This document shows, one piece after another, positions 9,136-18,929 of a DNA stretch of 64,000 nucleotides. The translations under genes and the position numbers were made by a program. The notes under the pieces are model-generated. The model ran no database searches. It saw nothing but the letters and a program-made list of their open reading frames with translations, and was not told where the DNA came from. Source of the DNA: Candidatus Obscuribacteraceae bacterium (GTDB lineage Bacteria > Cyanobacteriota > Vampirovibrionia > Obscuribacterales > Obscuribacteraceae); assembly GCA_044229845.1 (NCBI GenBank), contig JBGASG010000001.1, positions 704,001-768,000 on the forward strand. The letters are read 5' to 3'. Numbering within the stretch: the stretch's first letter is position 1; each line of letters begins with the position of its first letter.

Positions 9136-10865
9136 AGTGCAGCCACCCGCTCTTGCATCTCTTTCATGGGTGTCATATCTCCCCGCTTCGAAGCAACTGC
9201 AATCCCGTCCTCGTAAGTTTTCAATGCGGCGTCCTTATCGCCTAGCGCCTCCAGCGCTTTGCCGAGCGCGACATATGCCACCGTGTGCGTTGGTTTGATT
9301 TCGAGAGCTTTGCGCAAAAACGGCAGAGCGCTCTCGTAGTCTTCTAATTCTACAAAGGCGCTGCCCATTCCGTGGTTTGCCAGCAGATCGTCAGGATCAA
9401 TCTCGAGAACCTGCTTGAACATACCCATGCGATGTTCCGCTTCTTGTCGTTGCTGCTGTCGATCCTTTTCGTTTTGCTGTTTTTCGGCGAATTCGCGGGC
9501 AACCTGTGACATGCGGATGCTCATCGCTTTCGCCTTCTCTTCCTCGGCCAGTTCTTTATTGCCTTGTTGCATGTAGAACACAGAAAGGTTGGCGTGCGCC
9601 ATAATCGATTCCGGGTCGAGAGCTTCCAGCTTTTGCATGAGAGCGATGGCTTCGTCGTATTGCTCATGCCGAGAGAGGATAACTCCGAGCGCTTCGTATG
9701 CGTCTGCAAAGGTAGGATTTAATTCAATCGCTTCACGCAATAGAGAAACTGCCTTGCTTTCGGAGCCGCCGGCGAACTCAGCCAGTCCTTCCTCATAAAG
9801 TCGTTTGGCATCAGCGCTGCGCGAAGCCGGTGTATAGAAAGGCAGCGAGACAACCGTAACTCGATGTTTTGATTCTCCGACCCTCAGCGCAATTTCTTTG
9901 TTGGGGACTCTGAACTCCCGCGACACGTAGGCAAGGGCAATGGTGCAGTTGAGAGTGGGCGAGAATACGTTGCTGCGGATGATGACAGTCTCGCTGGTAT
10001 CATTGATGGTGCCGGTGGCACCGTTCTCGAATTTCAGGTGTTCTCCCTGAATAAATTTGATGCCCATCAAGCCGCGTTTTGGTGCACCATAAGTCTTGAT
10101 GCGAGCGAGCACTTCCTGTCCTTGAAAGCACCCTTTCGTGTAGCTGGCCGCCGTGTGTTCCAGTCCCGTTTCCGGGAGCAACTCTTCCTCACTCATATCG
10201 GTCCCGAACAGCGGAATGCCGGCTTCGACACGACAGGTGTTCAGGGACTCTCGACTGACTTGGGATAGTCCGGCTGCTTGCGCTGCCGATCGCAGTTTCT
10301 CACCAAACTCGGTGGCGCCGGACGGAGCCAAGATCAGCGCACCATTTTCGCCGGTGAGATTTCGCCTGACCAAGATGATGTCATCTACATCTAAGAATTT
10401 GCAGCCCACAATGCCGTTATCTGCAGCAGCGCTGTCAGTCGCCGGGGAGAGCACTTTTGTGCTCAGCGGACCCTGTACCGTAAACACGAGGTATCGGTCG
10501 CTGACTACTTCGTACTCGACCTGTTCGCGGAAGTGGTACTTCTCCAGCTCCGAATAGATGAGCGGAATCTGACCGGTTTCCGCCACTATCCAGTAGGTTT
10601 CTTCCAGACGATGCAGCGAGAAGAACGCCATGATATGCCCTTTACGCTCCAACAAGGCGGTCAGCTCGCCCTGTCCGGAGGCTACTGCCAGGACATCATT
10701 GGAGACACGCGCCTGCAGAAACTGGGCCGCCTGCGGACCTTTGATCAGAATAAAGCCGTACGTTCCAGAGAGGTCGGCATAACCGCCCGCTCGACGTACG
10801 GCGTTTACTTCATCGTTTGACAATTCGGTATGGAGGCTGAGTTGAGTAGCGATTAGACGCTGCAC
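9132..10865 (-). CDS. ygfZ: YgfZ/IBA57-family folate-binding Fe-S maturation protein fused to C-terminal TPR domains
   Basis: GPQAAQFLQ..VSNDV, RVEAGIP, signature KGCFQGQEVLARI; about 230 aa of TPRs after VVSLPF. Confidence 0.88.
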   Translation of the reverse strand: MQRLIATQLSLHTELSNDEVNAVRRAGGYADLSGTYGFILIKGPQAAQFLQARVSNDVLAVASGQGELTALLERKGHIMAFFSLHRLEETYWIVAETGQIPLIYSELEKYHFREQVEYEVVSDRYLVFTVQGPLSTKVLSPATDSAAADNGIVGCKFLDVDDIILVRRNLTGENGALILAPSGATEFGEKLRSAAQAAGLSQVSRESLNTCRVEAGIPLFGTDMSEEELLPETGLEHTAASYTKGCFQGQEVLARIKTYGAPKRGLMGIKFIQGEHLKFENGATGTINDTSETVIIRSNVFSPTLNCTIALAYVSREFRVPNKEIALRVGESKHRVTVVSLPFYTPASRSADAKRLYEEGLAEFAGGSESKAVSLLREAIELNPTFADAYEALGVILSRHEQYDEAIALMQKLEALDPESIMAHANLSVFYMQQGNKELAEEEKAKAMSIRMSQVAREFAEKQQNEKDRQQQRQEAEHRMGMFKQVLEIDPDDLLANHGMGSAFVELEDYESALPFLRKALEIKPTHTVAYVALGKALEALGDKDAALKTYEDGIAVASKRGDMTPMKEMQERVAAL

Positions 10866-10867
10866 GA

Positions 10868-11218
10868 TTAGACGTTAAAGGACTGACCGCAACCGCACGA
10901 ACTCTTCGCTTGTGGGTTTTTGATGGTGAAGCCGTGTCCTTCCAGACCGCCGTCGAAATGCAGAATGGTGCCTTTGAGATAGATTGCACTCTTGGGGTCG
11001 ACATAGACTTTGACACCGTTGCTTTCAACAACGTGATCCTTCTCTTGCTCGTTGTCGAAGCTCAACCCGTAGGACATGCCGGAGCATCCGCCGCCGCGAA
11101 CTTCCAGGCGCAAACCGGATTTGTCGGGCTCATTCGCCAACAGCTTTTTCACTTCCGCTGCCGCTTCCGGCGTCACGTTGACGATGGTTTCGCTGGCGGT
11201 GGTGGTAGTGTCTGCCAT
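10868..11218 (-). CDS. iscA: A-type Fe-S carrier (IscA/ErpA/HesB family)
   Basis: GGGCSGMSY and CGCGQSF motifs; GAGG RBS before ATG 11218. Confidence 0.93.
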   Translation of the reverse strand: MADTTTTASETIVNVTPEAAAEVKKLLANEPDKSGLRLEVRGGGCSGMSYGLSFDNEQEKDHVVESNGVKVYVDPKSAIYLKGTILHFDGGLEGHGFTIKNPQAKSSCGCGQSFNV

Positions 11219-11260
11219 GATAATTTCCTCTTGTACAGCTGTGAAAGCGCTCACGTGCCA

Positions 11261-11266
11261 ATTATA
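11261..11266 (-). promoter_or_regulatory. Candidate -10 box of the iscA-ygfZ operon
   Basis: Perfect TATAAT on minus strand about 45 nt upstream of the iscA start; no clear -35. Confidence 0.45.
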
Positions 11267-11318
11267 GCCTGGTTGCCAATGTACTCGACCCCAAGCCTCT
11301 GTTTTTCGCAACATTTGA

Positions 11319-11451
11319 GGCGGCGGGGGTCTTTTTCGGCCTTAGGGCGTTTAAACACTTCTGTTGTAACCAAGAGGTCCGGGCACTGCGCCTCTTGATT
11401 ACAACAGAAGTGTTGATTTGGCATAGGTGACGAAATAGCACCCCCGCCGTC
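11319..11451. repeat. Long imperfect inverted repeat (~130-nt hairpin)
   Basis: 11354-11377 AACACTTCTGTTGTAACCAAGAGG pairs with 11391-11414 (1 mismatch in 24); outer CGGCGGGGGT 11321-11330 pairs with ACCCCCGCCG 11440-11449. Confidence 0.9.
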
Positions 11452-12127
11452 ACCGAGAACGTTCGTCGCTCTGGATTTCGCCGTCTTTAAACCGTATCAC
11501 CCGCCGGGCATAGGTCGCGATGTCGGGCTCGTGCGTCACCAGCACTATGGTCATGCCCTGGTCATGCAGTTCGCGAAGCAAGGTCATTATTTCGGCTGAG
11601 GTATGCGAGTCGAGTGCGCCGGTTGGCTCATCTGCTAGCAGGAGTGAGGGATTGTTGACCAGGGCGCGAGCGATGGACACTCGCTGTTGCTGTCCTCCGG
11701 AAAGTTCGTTGGGACGGTGATGAACACGGTCGCCTAGCCCCACCAGTCGCAATACCTTCTGGGCGCGTTCCAGCCTCTCTTCCTTGCGCACCTGGGCGTA
11801 AATCAACGGCAGCATCACGTTTTCCAGGGCATTCATGCGGGGCAAGAGGTTGAATTGCTGGAAGACAAAACCGATCTTGCGGTTGCGAACCTCAGCCAGA
11901 GTATCTTCCGAGAAGGTGTGCACCGGTTCGCCTTCGAACATATATTCTCCGGTGGTCGGCTTGTCCAGACAGCCGACGATGTTCATCAGAGTCGATTTGC
12001 CGGACCCGGATGATCCCATGACGGCAACATATTCGCCGGCGAGAATCGACAGGTTGACGCCCCGCAACGCATGCACCGGTTGCGAGCCCGCCAGGTAAGT
12101 GCGCGTGATTTGTTTTAGTTGAATCAC
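11450..12127 (-). CDS. ABC transporter ATP-binding protein (MacB/LolD type)
   Basis: GSSGSGKST, LSGGQQQRV, LLADEPTGALD. Confidence 0.95.
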   Translation of the reverse strand: MIQLKQITRTYLAGSQPVHALRGVNLSILAGEYVAVMGSSGSGKSTLMNIVGCLDKPTTGEYMFEGEPVHTFSEDTLAEVRNRKIGFVFQQFNLLPRMNALENVMLPLIYAQVRKEERLERAQKVLRLVGLGDRVHHRPNELSGGQQQRVSIARALVNNPSLLLADEPTGALDSHTSAEIMTLLRELHDQGMTIVLVTHEPDIATYARRVIRFKDGEIQSDERSR

Positions 12128-12148
12128 TTCACGCCTGCTTGCATATCA

Positions 12149-13381
12149 TTACTCTGTGCGCAGCGCCACGATCGGGTCTAGCTTGGCTGCCTGACGAGCC
12201 GGATAGACGCCGAAGAAGAGCCCGACGATGATAGAAACTCCAAAGGCCAGCACCACCGAAATTGGTGTCACTACCGTCGTCCATTTGGCGAAATAAGTGA
12301 CCGCATAGGACGCTCCTATGCCGATGGCGATGCCGATTATCCCGCCCGCCAGTGACAACACGGTGGCTTCGATGACGAATTGCCACATGATATCGGCGTA
12401 CTTGGCGCCCACCGCTTTGCGCACGCCGATCTCCCGCGTGCGTTCGGTGACTGAGACCAGCATGATGTTCATAATGCCGATGCCGCCGACGATGAGCGAG
12501 ATTGCCGCAGTCGAGCCCAGCAGCGATGTGAAAATGCCGGTGATGTTTTGCGAGGTCTGCAGCAGGTCTTTTTGCGTGCGCAGCATGAAGTCTTCCGTGC
12601 TGGGATCCGTAATGCGGTGCCGTTGCCGCAGCAGGTTGGTGATTTGAAATTCGGCCGGCACCACGTCATCTTCGGATTTGGCACTGACCAGAATGAATTG
12701 GACAGCGCGTCCTGTCACAGGTTTCATCCCGAAAATTCGATTGAAGCCCGTGGTCAGAGGAATAAACACCTGGTCGTCCATATCGGTAAAGGCGGTGCTG
12801 CCTTTGTGTTCCATGACGCCGATAACGGAAAAATTCTCGCCCTTGATCAAAACATTTTTGCCGATTGCATCATCTTCTTTATCGAAGATGGCGTCTTTGA
12901 CCACCTCACCGAGAACGACGACGCGACTGTTCTTGTCCAGGTCGACTTGATTGATAAAGCGGCCGGTCGCCGTATGGAAATTGCGAATCTGCTCGTAATC
13001 AGGAACGATAGCGCAGACATTGGTGGTGGTGTTTTTCGCACCATACTGGACTTGTTGCATACCCTGCACGCCCGGGCACACATCTTCAATTGCCGGACAG
13101 ATCTCGCGCATCGCTTCTGCATCTTCCCAGGTCAGCGTATTCGAAGAACCCATCCCGTAAGAAACACCGGAAGCATGCGCCTGCCCGGCGCGCACGAAGA
13201 TGAAATTGGTGCCCAAGCTCTTGATCTGTTTGTCGGCCTCTTCCTTCGCGCCGTGTCCAATTGCCAAAAGCGCGATCACGGCCGCGATACCAATGACGAT
13301 ACCAAGCATGGTCAGGCAACTGCGCATTCTGTTGGCGGCTATGCTGTGCCAGGCAAGTAGAATCAGTTCCCAGAATCGCAT
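12149..13381 (-). CDS. ABC transporter permease (MacB/FtsX family)
   Basis: RSCLTMLGIVIGIAAVI; GGIGIMNIMLVSVTERTREIG; PARQAAKLDPIVAL. Confidence 0.95.
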   Translation of the reverse strand: MRFWELILLAWHSIAANRMRSCLTMLGIVIGIAAVIALLAIGHGAKEEADKQIKSLGTNFIFVRAGQAHASGVSYGMGSSNTLTWEDAEAMREICPAIEDVCPGVQGMQQVQYGAKNTTTNVCAIVPDYEQIRNFHTATGRFINQVDLDKNSRVVVLGEVVKDAIFDKEDDAIGKNVLIKGENFSVIGVMEHKGSTAFTDMDDQVFIPLTTGFNRIFGMKPVTGRAVQFILVSAKSEDDVVPAEFQITNLLRQRHRITDPSTEDFMLRTQKDLLQTSQNITGIFTSLLGSTAAISLIVGGIGIMNIMLVSVTERTREIGVRKAVGAKYADIMWQFVIEATVLSLAGGIIGIAIGIGASYAVTYFAKWTTVVTPISVVLAFGVSIIVGLFFGVYPARQAAKLDPIVALRTE

Positions 13382-13399
13382 ATCAGATCTGCATTATTC

Positions 13400-14977
13400 T
13401 TAGCGACCGCCCATGCCGCGTGGCAAGCCTGGACCGCGACCACCGCCGCCGCCACCGCCGCGACCACCACCACCACCGCCGCCGCGTCCACCGCCGCCGC
13501 CGCCACCCATGCCGCGCATGCCCATGGCGCCGGGATCTTCATAACCCTGTTCGATCAGTTGTTCTTTGGTTAGCGCCAGCAATATCTCGTCGCCTTCCTT
13601 CAAACCGTCGGTGACAGCAGTTTTGGTACCGGAAGCCAGCCCCACCTTGATCGGTTTGAATTTTGGTTTTCCTTCTTTGCCCGCCACGAAAACGCCCGTC
13701 TTGCCGTGCTTGCTGACGACGGCAGCTGTGGGGATCTGCAGTACATTTTCCATCCGTCCAGAGGTGAACTGAGCGTTGACGTTCATCCCGGACATCAACT
13801 TATGTTTGGGATCGTCGGTGACGGCAGCATGCACTTCGAAAGTGGTGACGTTTTGATTGACGATTGCCTCGGGCGCAATCAGTGTCACCTTGCCGTGATA
13901 AACCTTGTCTGGAAAGGCGTTGGCGACGATGGTGACGACCTGTCCGATGTGCACGTTTTCGATGTCGGTTTCAGAAACGGCCGCTACCATCTCCAGATTT
14001 CCCGCCAGCGAAATTATCGAACTGGACGTGGCGGAATTTGTTGCCGACGCGGTCGTCGGTGTGACGATGGCGCCGATATCGGCGTATTTTTGCGTCACTA
14101 CGCCGTCGAATGGAGCCTTGATACGCGTGTCGTTGAGCTGGCTCTTCAGGTATTTGTAGTTGCCCTCAGCTTGCAGCATTGATTGCTTGGCGGCGCGCAC
14201 ATCTTCCTGACGAAATCCTTCCTTCATCATGCTGTATTTTTGTTCGGCGCTGGACACGTCATGCTTGCTCTGTAGATTGGAAGCTTCAGCGGTGCGCAAG
14301 TCATCTTGCGACTTCTCGAGAGCAGCTAGAGACATCTCGGCTTGCGTGGCGGCGTTCAGTCGATCCTGGTCGCTGATGGCACCGTCTTTTGCCAGTTGAA
14401 TCAGGCGGGCTGCATTCAACTGATCTCGTTTCAGCTGCGCCGTGATCGACTTCACGTCGGCTTTCGCCTTGAGCACCACGCTCAGGCTGGACGTCAGTGC
14501 GTTCTCGGCTTTGCGCAGCTGTGCTTCGGCATCCAATACTTCTTGCACACGGTTACCGTGCAGGCACTTTTCATAGTTGGCTACGGCGGCTCCATAAGCG
14601 GACTCAGCCGACTGCACCTGGCCGATCAAGTTGCTGTCGTCCATGACTGCGACCAGCTGACCTTGCTTGACGAAGTCGCCCTGTTGCACAAGCAATTCGC
14701 GCAACAGTCCGGTGTACTTCGGGCTCAGCTTCACCTGGTTGTAAGGTCTGATTGTGCCGGTGGCACTGATCTTTAGATCGAGCGGACCGCGCGTCACTTT
14801 GATGACAGTCTTGGCGTCGGCGGTCTCAGCTGGTTTGCCAGGACCCCAGGTCATCCAGGCGTAGACGCCGCCAGCTACAGCCGCCAGTGCAACTGATGTC
14901 CAGATTACGAGCGCAACCAGACGACGGCGTTTTGCCTTCTGTATAAAGCCTGACTCTACGCCAGTTTCGCTGACCAT
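13400..14977 (-). CDS. Periplasmic adaptor (MFP/HlyD family) of MacAB-like exporter
   Basis: N-terminal TM, lipoyl halves (V.QGD.VK.GQ; IKAPFDGVV), long coiled coil, Gly-rich tail. Confidence 0.92.
   Translation of the reverse strand: MVSETGVESGFIQKAKRRRLVALVIWTSVALAAVAGGVYAWMTWGPGKPAETADAKTVIKVTRGPLDLKISATGTIRPYNQVKLSPKYTGLLRELLVQQGDFVKQGQLVAVMDDSNLIGQVQSAESAYGAAVANYEKCLHGNRVQEVLDAEAQLRKAENALTSSLSVVLKAKADVKSITAQLKRDQLNAARLIQLAKDGAISDQDRLNAATQAEMSLAALEKSQDDLRTAEASNLQSKHDVSSAEQKYSMMKEGFRQEDVRAAKQSMLQAEGNYKYLKSQLNDTRIKAPFDGVVTQKYADIGAIVTPTTASATNSATSSSIISLAGNLEMVAAVSETDIENVHIGQVVTIVANAFPDKVYHGKVTLIAPEAIVNQNVTTFEVHAAVTDDPKHKLMSGMNVNAQFTSGRMENVLQIPTAAVVSKHGKTGVFVAGKEGKPKFKPIKVGLASGTKTAVTDGLKEGDEILLALTKEQLIEQGYEDPGAMGMRGMGGGGGGGRGGGGGGGRGGGGGGGRGPGLPRGMGGR
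13434..13507. repeat. Low-complexity coding repeat, (G7R)x3
   Basis: CCG/CCA trinucleotide runs with 24-bp period encoding GGGGGGGR three times. Confidence 0.85.
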
Positions 14978-15070
14978 GACTCGGTTCGCACCAGTTCAAG
15001 AAGGGTGTGATGCCCTAATCTTACCAAGTACTGTGTTTTTCGGGCGTTAAAGCCTGGGGAAACGGGCGCA

Positions 15071-15640
15071 CTACGACGAAAATGAATCGAACAGGACCTG
15101 CCCCAGTTCTGCCATTTCCCGGAAGGTGACGCGGACGATGTCCAGGTCGAGCGCAGTAAACGATGTCGGCTGTGACAGATAAATCCCGGTATTCGTCTTG
15201 ATCACCATCTCACTAAACTTCGACAGGTGTTCCAGCGCTAGCAGCCGGTCGTCGACACCCGGATAGCGCAAAAAGCGTTCCGCCACGTCGCGGTTGTCGT
15301 AACCCAGTATCAGTTTGGACTCCAGTTTTTTGTCACCGACCGTCTGTCCCCGCGACTCAAACAGCAACACCTGGCTGAAGAAACGAAACAGCCCCCGGCC
15401 GACCCGTGGTGTTACTGAGATCTTGGCACTGTCGTACATTGAGCGGTCGTCGTGATCGGGATTGGTTTCAATCGTATATGCGACCGGCCAGGGCCAGCCG
15501 GCTCCCACTGCTTCGAACGTGGCTGGAAAACCCATCACGATGCCTTTGACGCAGATACCCACGCGCTCGCCGTCATCGACGACATGTCCGTCGATAATCT
15601 CGGCAATTGCGTTCTGCTTGGCGTCTAAGTCGATGGACAA
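15071..15640 (-). CDS. Hypothetical protein
   Basis: 189-aa ORF 3 bp downstream of the TPR gene, same strand. Confidence 0.75.
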   Translation of the reverse strand: MSIDLDAKQNAIAEIIDGHVVDDGERVGICVKGIVMGFPATFEAVGAGWPWPVAYTIETNPDHDDRSMYDSAKISVTPRVGRGLFRFFSQVLLFESRGQTVGDKKLESKLILGYDNRDVAERFLRYPGVDDRLLALEHLSKFSEMVIKTNTGIYLSQPTSFTALDLDIVRVTFREMAELGQVLFDSFSS

Positions 15641-15643
15641 GAC

Positions 15644-16726
15644 CTAATTCTCTTCTCCGCCTGCCATCTTAGTGGAGTCGGGGACAGCTGTCGATCCCTC
15701 AACCGGGGCAACCACGTTCATGCGCACTTGCGGTTCATCGCCCGCGGTATCACGCGGAAACGAAGACTCTATGTCTTTGATTTGTCTTTTCGCTTCCGGA
15801 GCAAATTCAGCCTCTGGAGCCAATTTCAGTGCATCGGTCAAAAGTGAGAAGGCTTGCGCCGGGTGTTTCATTTTGCAGTAAATGAGTCCGGTTCGGTAGT
15901 AAGCTTCAGCCATTTTGGGGTTGGCGCGCAGTGCTTTCACATATTGATTGAGCGCACCCTGCAAGTCTTTTTCTTGTTCGAGTGCATTGCCCATGTTGAC
16001 GTACGCGGAGTCGAAGCGCGGATCAATATCCACTGCTTGCTGCCATTTCTCCATGGCTTCCTGCAGTTTGCCCTTGGCGTAGAGCACCGTTCCCAACCCA
16101 TTGAGCGTGTAAGGGCGGGCGGGTTTGAGTGCCAGTGCTTTTTTGAAGGCGTCGAGGGCCTGGCTGTAATTCTTTTGTGAGCAGTAGATCAGTCCGAGGT
16201 TGCTGTACGCCTCTTCGAGCCGTCCGTCAGCCGCAAGAGCTGCTTTGTACTCCATGATCGCCGAATTGAGAGCGGCTTTCTGGTGAAACTCGACACCCTT
16301 GTTGTAGTGCTTAATCGCTTCATCTTTGTAAGGGCGATTGGGGTCTTCATCACCCGAGGCGGCTTTCTTCGAGGTAACTGACTGATCAGGAGATTCCGGC
16401 TGCGCTGCCTTCTTGCTCTCTGACTTAGATGATTTTTTACTGTCGGTCGAGGATTTTGCCGGGCTGGCGCCGTCATCGCCGGCTACGGCGCTGGGTTGGA
16501 TGGCAGCGTCCATGGTCGGGTCGGCTGCCGGTTTGGCGCTGGCATCGACCGTATCGGCCGCATTGGTGGTGCTGTCTGCCGATTCGGTCTTGGCAGCCTC
16601 CGTCTCAGCTGCAGTCGCTTTCTTAGACTTAGCTGCCGCGGGCATCTGTCCAAGCGATGCAGTCAGCGAGAACGCCGCGCAGAAGGCTAGAAGCGCTATC
16701 GGAGCCTGCCTCATAATGTGCCGCAT
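15644..16726 (-). CDS. Secreted TPR protein with low-complexity N-terminal linker
   Basis: Signal peptide, A/S/K/D-rich linker, about 5 TPRs (AYSNLG, TLNGLG, AYVNMG). Confidence 0.9.
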   Translation of the reverse strand: MRHIMRQAPIALLAFCAAFSLTASLGQMPAAAKSKKATAAETEAAKTESADSTTNAADTVDASAKPAADPTMDAAIQPSAVAGDDGASPAKSSTDSKKSSKSESKKAAQPESPDQSVTSKKAASGDEDPNRPYKDEAIKHYNKGVEFHQKAALNSAIMEYKAALAADGRLEEAYSNLGLIYCSQKNYSQALDAFKKALALKPARPYTLNGLGTVLYAKGKLQEAMEKWQQAVDIDPRFDSAYVNMGNALEQEKDLQGALNQYVKALRANPKMAEAYYRTGLIYCKMKHPAQAFSLLTDALKLAPEAEFAPEAKRQIKDIESSFPRDTAGDEPQVRMNVVAPVEGSTAVPDSTKMAGGEEN

Positions 16727-16955
16727 GTGACCGCGTCTCCATCAAAAGCCATTTGCCAATGGGAGTGATTATAGTTGATGAGTGAAAACTGCACCCGCGG
16801 AATGGCTCACGAAGCCGAAACGGTTACAAACATCAGATGAAATTCACCGAGAAGGCAGTTGAAGGCGTTCTCTACTATACTTCCCGCAGACTCTCAGGGA
16901 TCCCGGACATTATTCAACCGCACAAAAACACGAAAACGACTCGGAGGTCGAATTC

Positions 16956-17792
16956 ATGCACACGGTCAATCGAGCCTTCTCTGCGACAGTTGCCGTCGCT
17001 GGTCTTTCCCTGATGATGACCTTTGCGATATCACCTTCATGGAGCGCGGAAGTTTCCAACAAGATGCTTGCGGAAGCGACGAAGAGCGAAACACCGACGG
17101 CGGCGGCGAAGTCCAATCCGGCGGTACAAAAGCTCCTCGATAGCGCTTATGCCAAAGATGAAAAAGGGGATTTTGCAGGCGCTGAAGCCGATTGCGACGC
17201 CGCGCTCAAACTCGATCCCAATAATAAAGACGTGCTGACCGAAAGATGCAATGCGCGCTACTACGTGGACAAATTCATGGAGTCCCTCGAAGATGCAGAT
17301 CAGCTTGTGCAGGCTGATCCCAGCTATCAGTGGGCCTATTACATGAAAGGTCGCTGCCGCATGGGACTCAACGATTTCGACAATGCAATCGACGATTTGA
17401 CCAAGTCAATCGAACTGAACAAAAACAAGAAGTGGTCGTATTTTGAACGGGGTTGCTGCTATTACTTCATCGAAAAAGATGATTTAGCGATCAAAGATCT
17501 GAACAAATCGATTCTGATCGATCCGAAGCACTGGGATTCCTACTATTACCGCAGCATCACTTACAAAGACATGAAAAACTATCCGGCCGCTCTCAAAGAC
17601 GCTGAAAAATGCGTCGAATTGGGTCCGGACGCTGCCAGCTCTTATGATGTGCGCGGGGATGCCAAAGCGGGCAACGGAGACAAACCCGGTGCAGTCGCCG
17701 ACTACAAGAAGGCAGCCGAAATCTATACAGCGCACAAGAAAGAAAAGCTCGCTCAAAAAGCGCTGGATAAGGCAGCTAAGCTTGGCTCCTAG
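16956..17792 (+). CDS. Secreted TPR protein
   Basis: GGAGG RBS, signal peptide, about 6 TPRs. Confidence 0.9.
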   Translation: MHTVNRAFSATVAVAGLSLMMTFAISPSWSAEVSNKMLAEATKSETPTAAAKSNPAVQKLLDSAYAKDEKGDFAGAEADCDAALKLDPNNKDVLTERCNARYYVDKFMESLEDADQLVQADPSYQWAYYMKGRCRMGLNDFDNAIDDLTKSIELNKNKKWSYFERGCCYYFIEKDDLAIKDLNKSILIDPKHWDSYYYRSITYKDMKNYPAALKDAEKCVELGPDAASSYDVRGDAKAGNGDKPGAVADYKKAAEIYTAHKKEKLAQKALDKAAKLGS

Positions 17793-18235
17793 GCTCTAAT
17801 TATTCTGACGATTGCATTCAAGCCGAGGGTGTAGCTCTGCGCGCCCAGTCCGATGATGACACCGGATGCGATATCAGACAGGTACGACTTGTGCCGAAAA
17901 TCTTCGCGTGCAAACGTGTTGGAACAATGCACTTCCACAAACGGTATTGCCACCGCCAGCAGTGCATCACGGATGGCAATCGATGTGTGACCGTAGGCGC
18001 CCGGGTTGATCAAGATGCCGTCGGCCGTGCACTCTTGTATCCAGGTGACCAGCTCACCTTCTATGTTTGACTGTTTGATGTCGACTGCGGCGCCTTCGTT
18101 CTTAGCGATCTGACGTAAATCCTGGTTTACGGTGTCGAAGGTCGTGCTGCCGTAAAGACGCGTTTCTCGCATTCCCAAGAGGTTCAGATTGGGACCATGC
18201 AGAACCAGAATACGCGGCTTAGTTGTGTTCTTCAC
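17789..18235 (-). CDS. aroQ: Type II 3-dehydroquinate dehydratase
   Basis: LHGPNLNLLG.RE..YG, QSN.EG, INPGAYGHTS, EVH.SN..ARE.FRH. Confidence 0.96.
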   Translation of the reverse strand: MKNTTKPRILVLHGPNLNLLGMRETRLYGSTTFDTVNQDLRQIAKNEGAAVDIKQSNIEGELVTWIQECTADGILINPGAYGHTSIAIRDALLAVAIPFVEVHCSNTFAREDFRHKSYLSDIASGVIIGLGAQSYTLGLNAIVRIIRA

Positions 18236-18833
18236 TCATTGCCTCTAACGCGCAATTAGCTTCGATCAAAAACGGATCGTTCTTGGCGAGGAGACCACGT
18301 CCCTGTGCCAGTTTGATCAACTGCTGCAGAAGTTCGCGGGTAGCCATGGTGCCACTGCCCAGTTTCAATTCATCAACGATCAAAAACATGACGGAGCCCA
18401 GCAGAACACGGGCTTCGACGTGTCCGATTTCCTGAGTGGTGGTGATGCCGTTGAAGATTTCCTGATCGATGGAATTTTCGTAGAGCAAGCCATGACACAG
18501 CGTTCCGACGTTGCCTTTCAACGGGCGACTGCGCTCGTCAGGCAAAGTGGCGGCGGCGCGTATCAGATTTAGCTTGTTGCCGGCATCGCCGAGAGATTCG
18601 GCGCTGTCGACCAGGTTACGCACATTGTTTGCCTTGGTGTTGAACTGACGCTTCAGTTCGGTTTCAGCCACGTTGGCGTGCGGTTTGGTTGCCTGGTCGA
18701 ACCGTTTCTCGTAATAATCCTGCACTTGCTGGCGCTTCAATTCAACGCCAAACGGCACCAGCTCCAAAAAGATAGACTCTAGACCTTCAAGTTGAGATTG
18801 CAGAAACATCAACTCTTCTTGGGAAACAGGCAA
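18219..18833 (-). CDS. Hypothetical helical protein between aroK and aroQ
   Basis: GAAGGAGAG RBS, TTG start, 204-aa ORF overlapping the aroQ start. Confidence 0.8.
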   Translation of the reverse strand: MPVSQEELMFLQSQLEGLESIFLELVPFGVELKRQQVQDYYEKRFDQATKPHANVAETELKRQFNTKANNVRNLVDSAESLGDAGNKLNLIRAAATLPDERSRPLKGNVGTLCHGLLYENSIDQEIFNGITTTQEIGHVEARVLLGSVMFLIVDELKLGSGTMATRELLQQLIKLAQGRGLLAKNDPFLIEANCALEAMSEEHN

Positions 18834-18929
18834 TGGACTCTCCTTCTTGAAATCGGGCGCTGGTAAGGGGTTGGGTTTTTCCTACGGCATTTTAGCCGGG
18901 ATTTTTTGGTTGAGGGCTCCATTGCTCTG

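Noticed and set aside
16845..16900. GAAGG...ACTCTCAGG resembling a glycine riboswitch
   Set aside because: Supporting stems and GGAGA/CCGAAG elements not found; downstream gene is a TPR protein.
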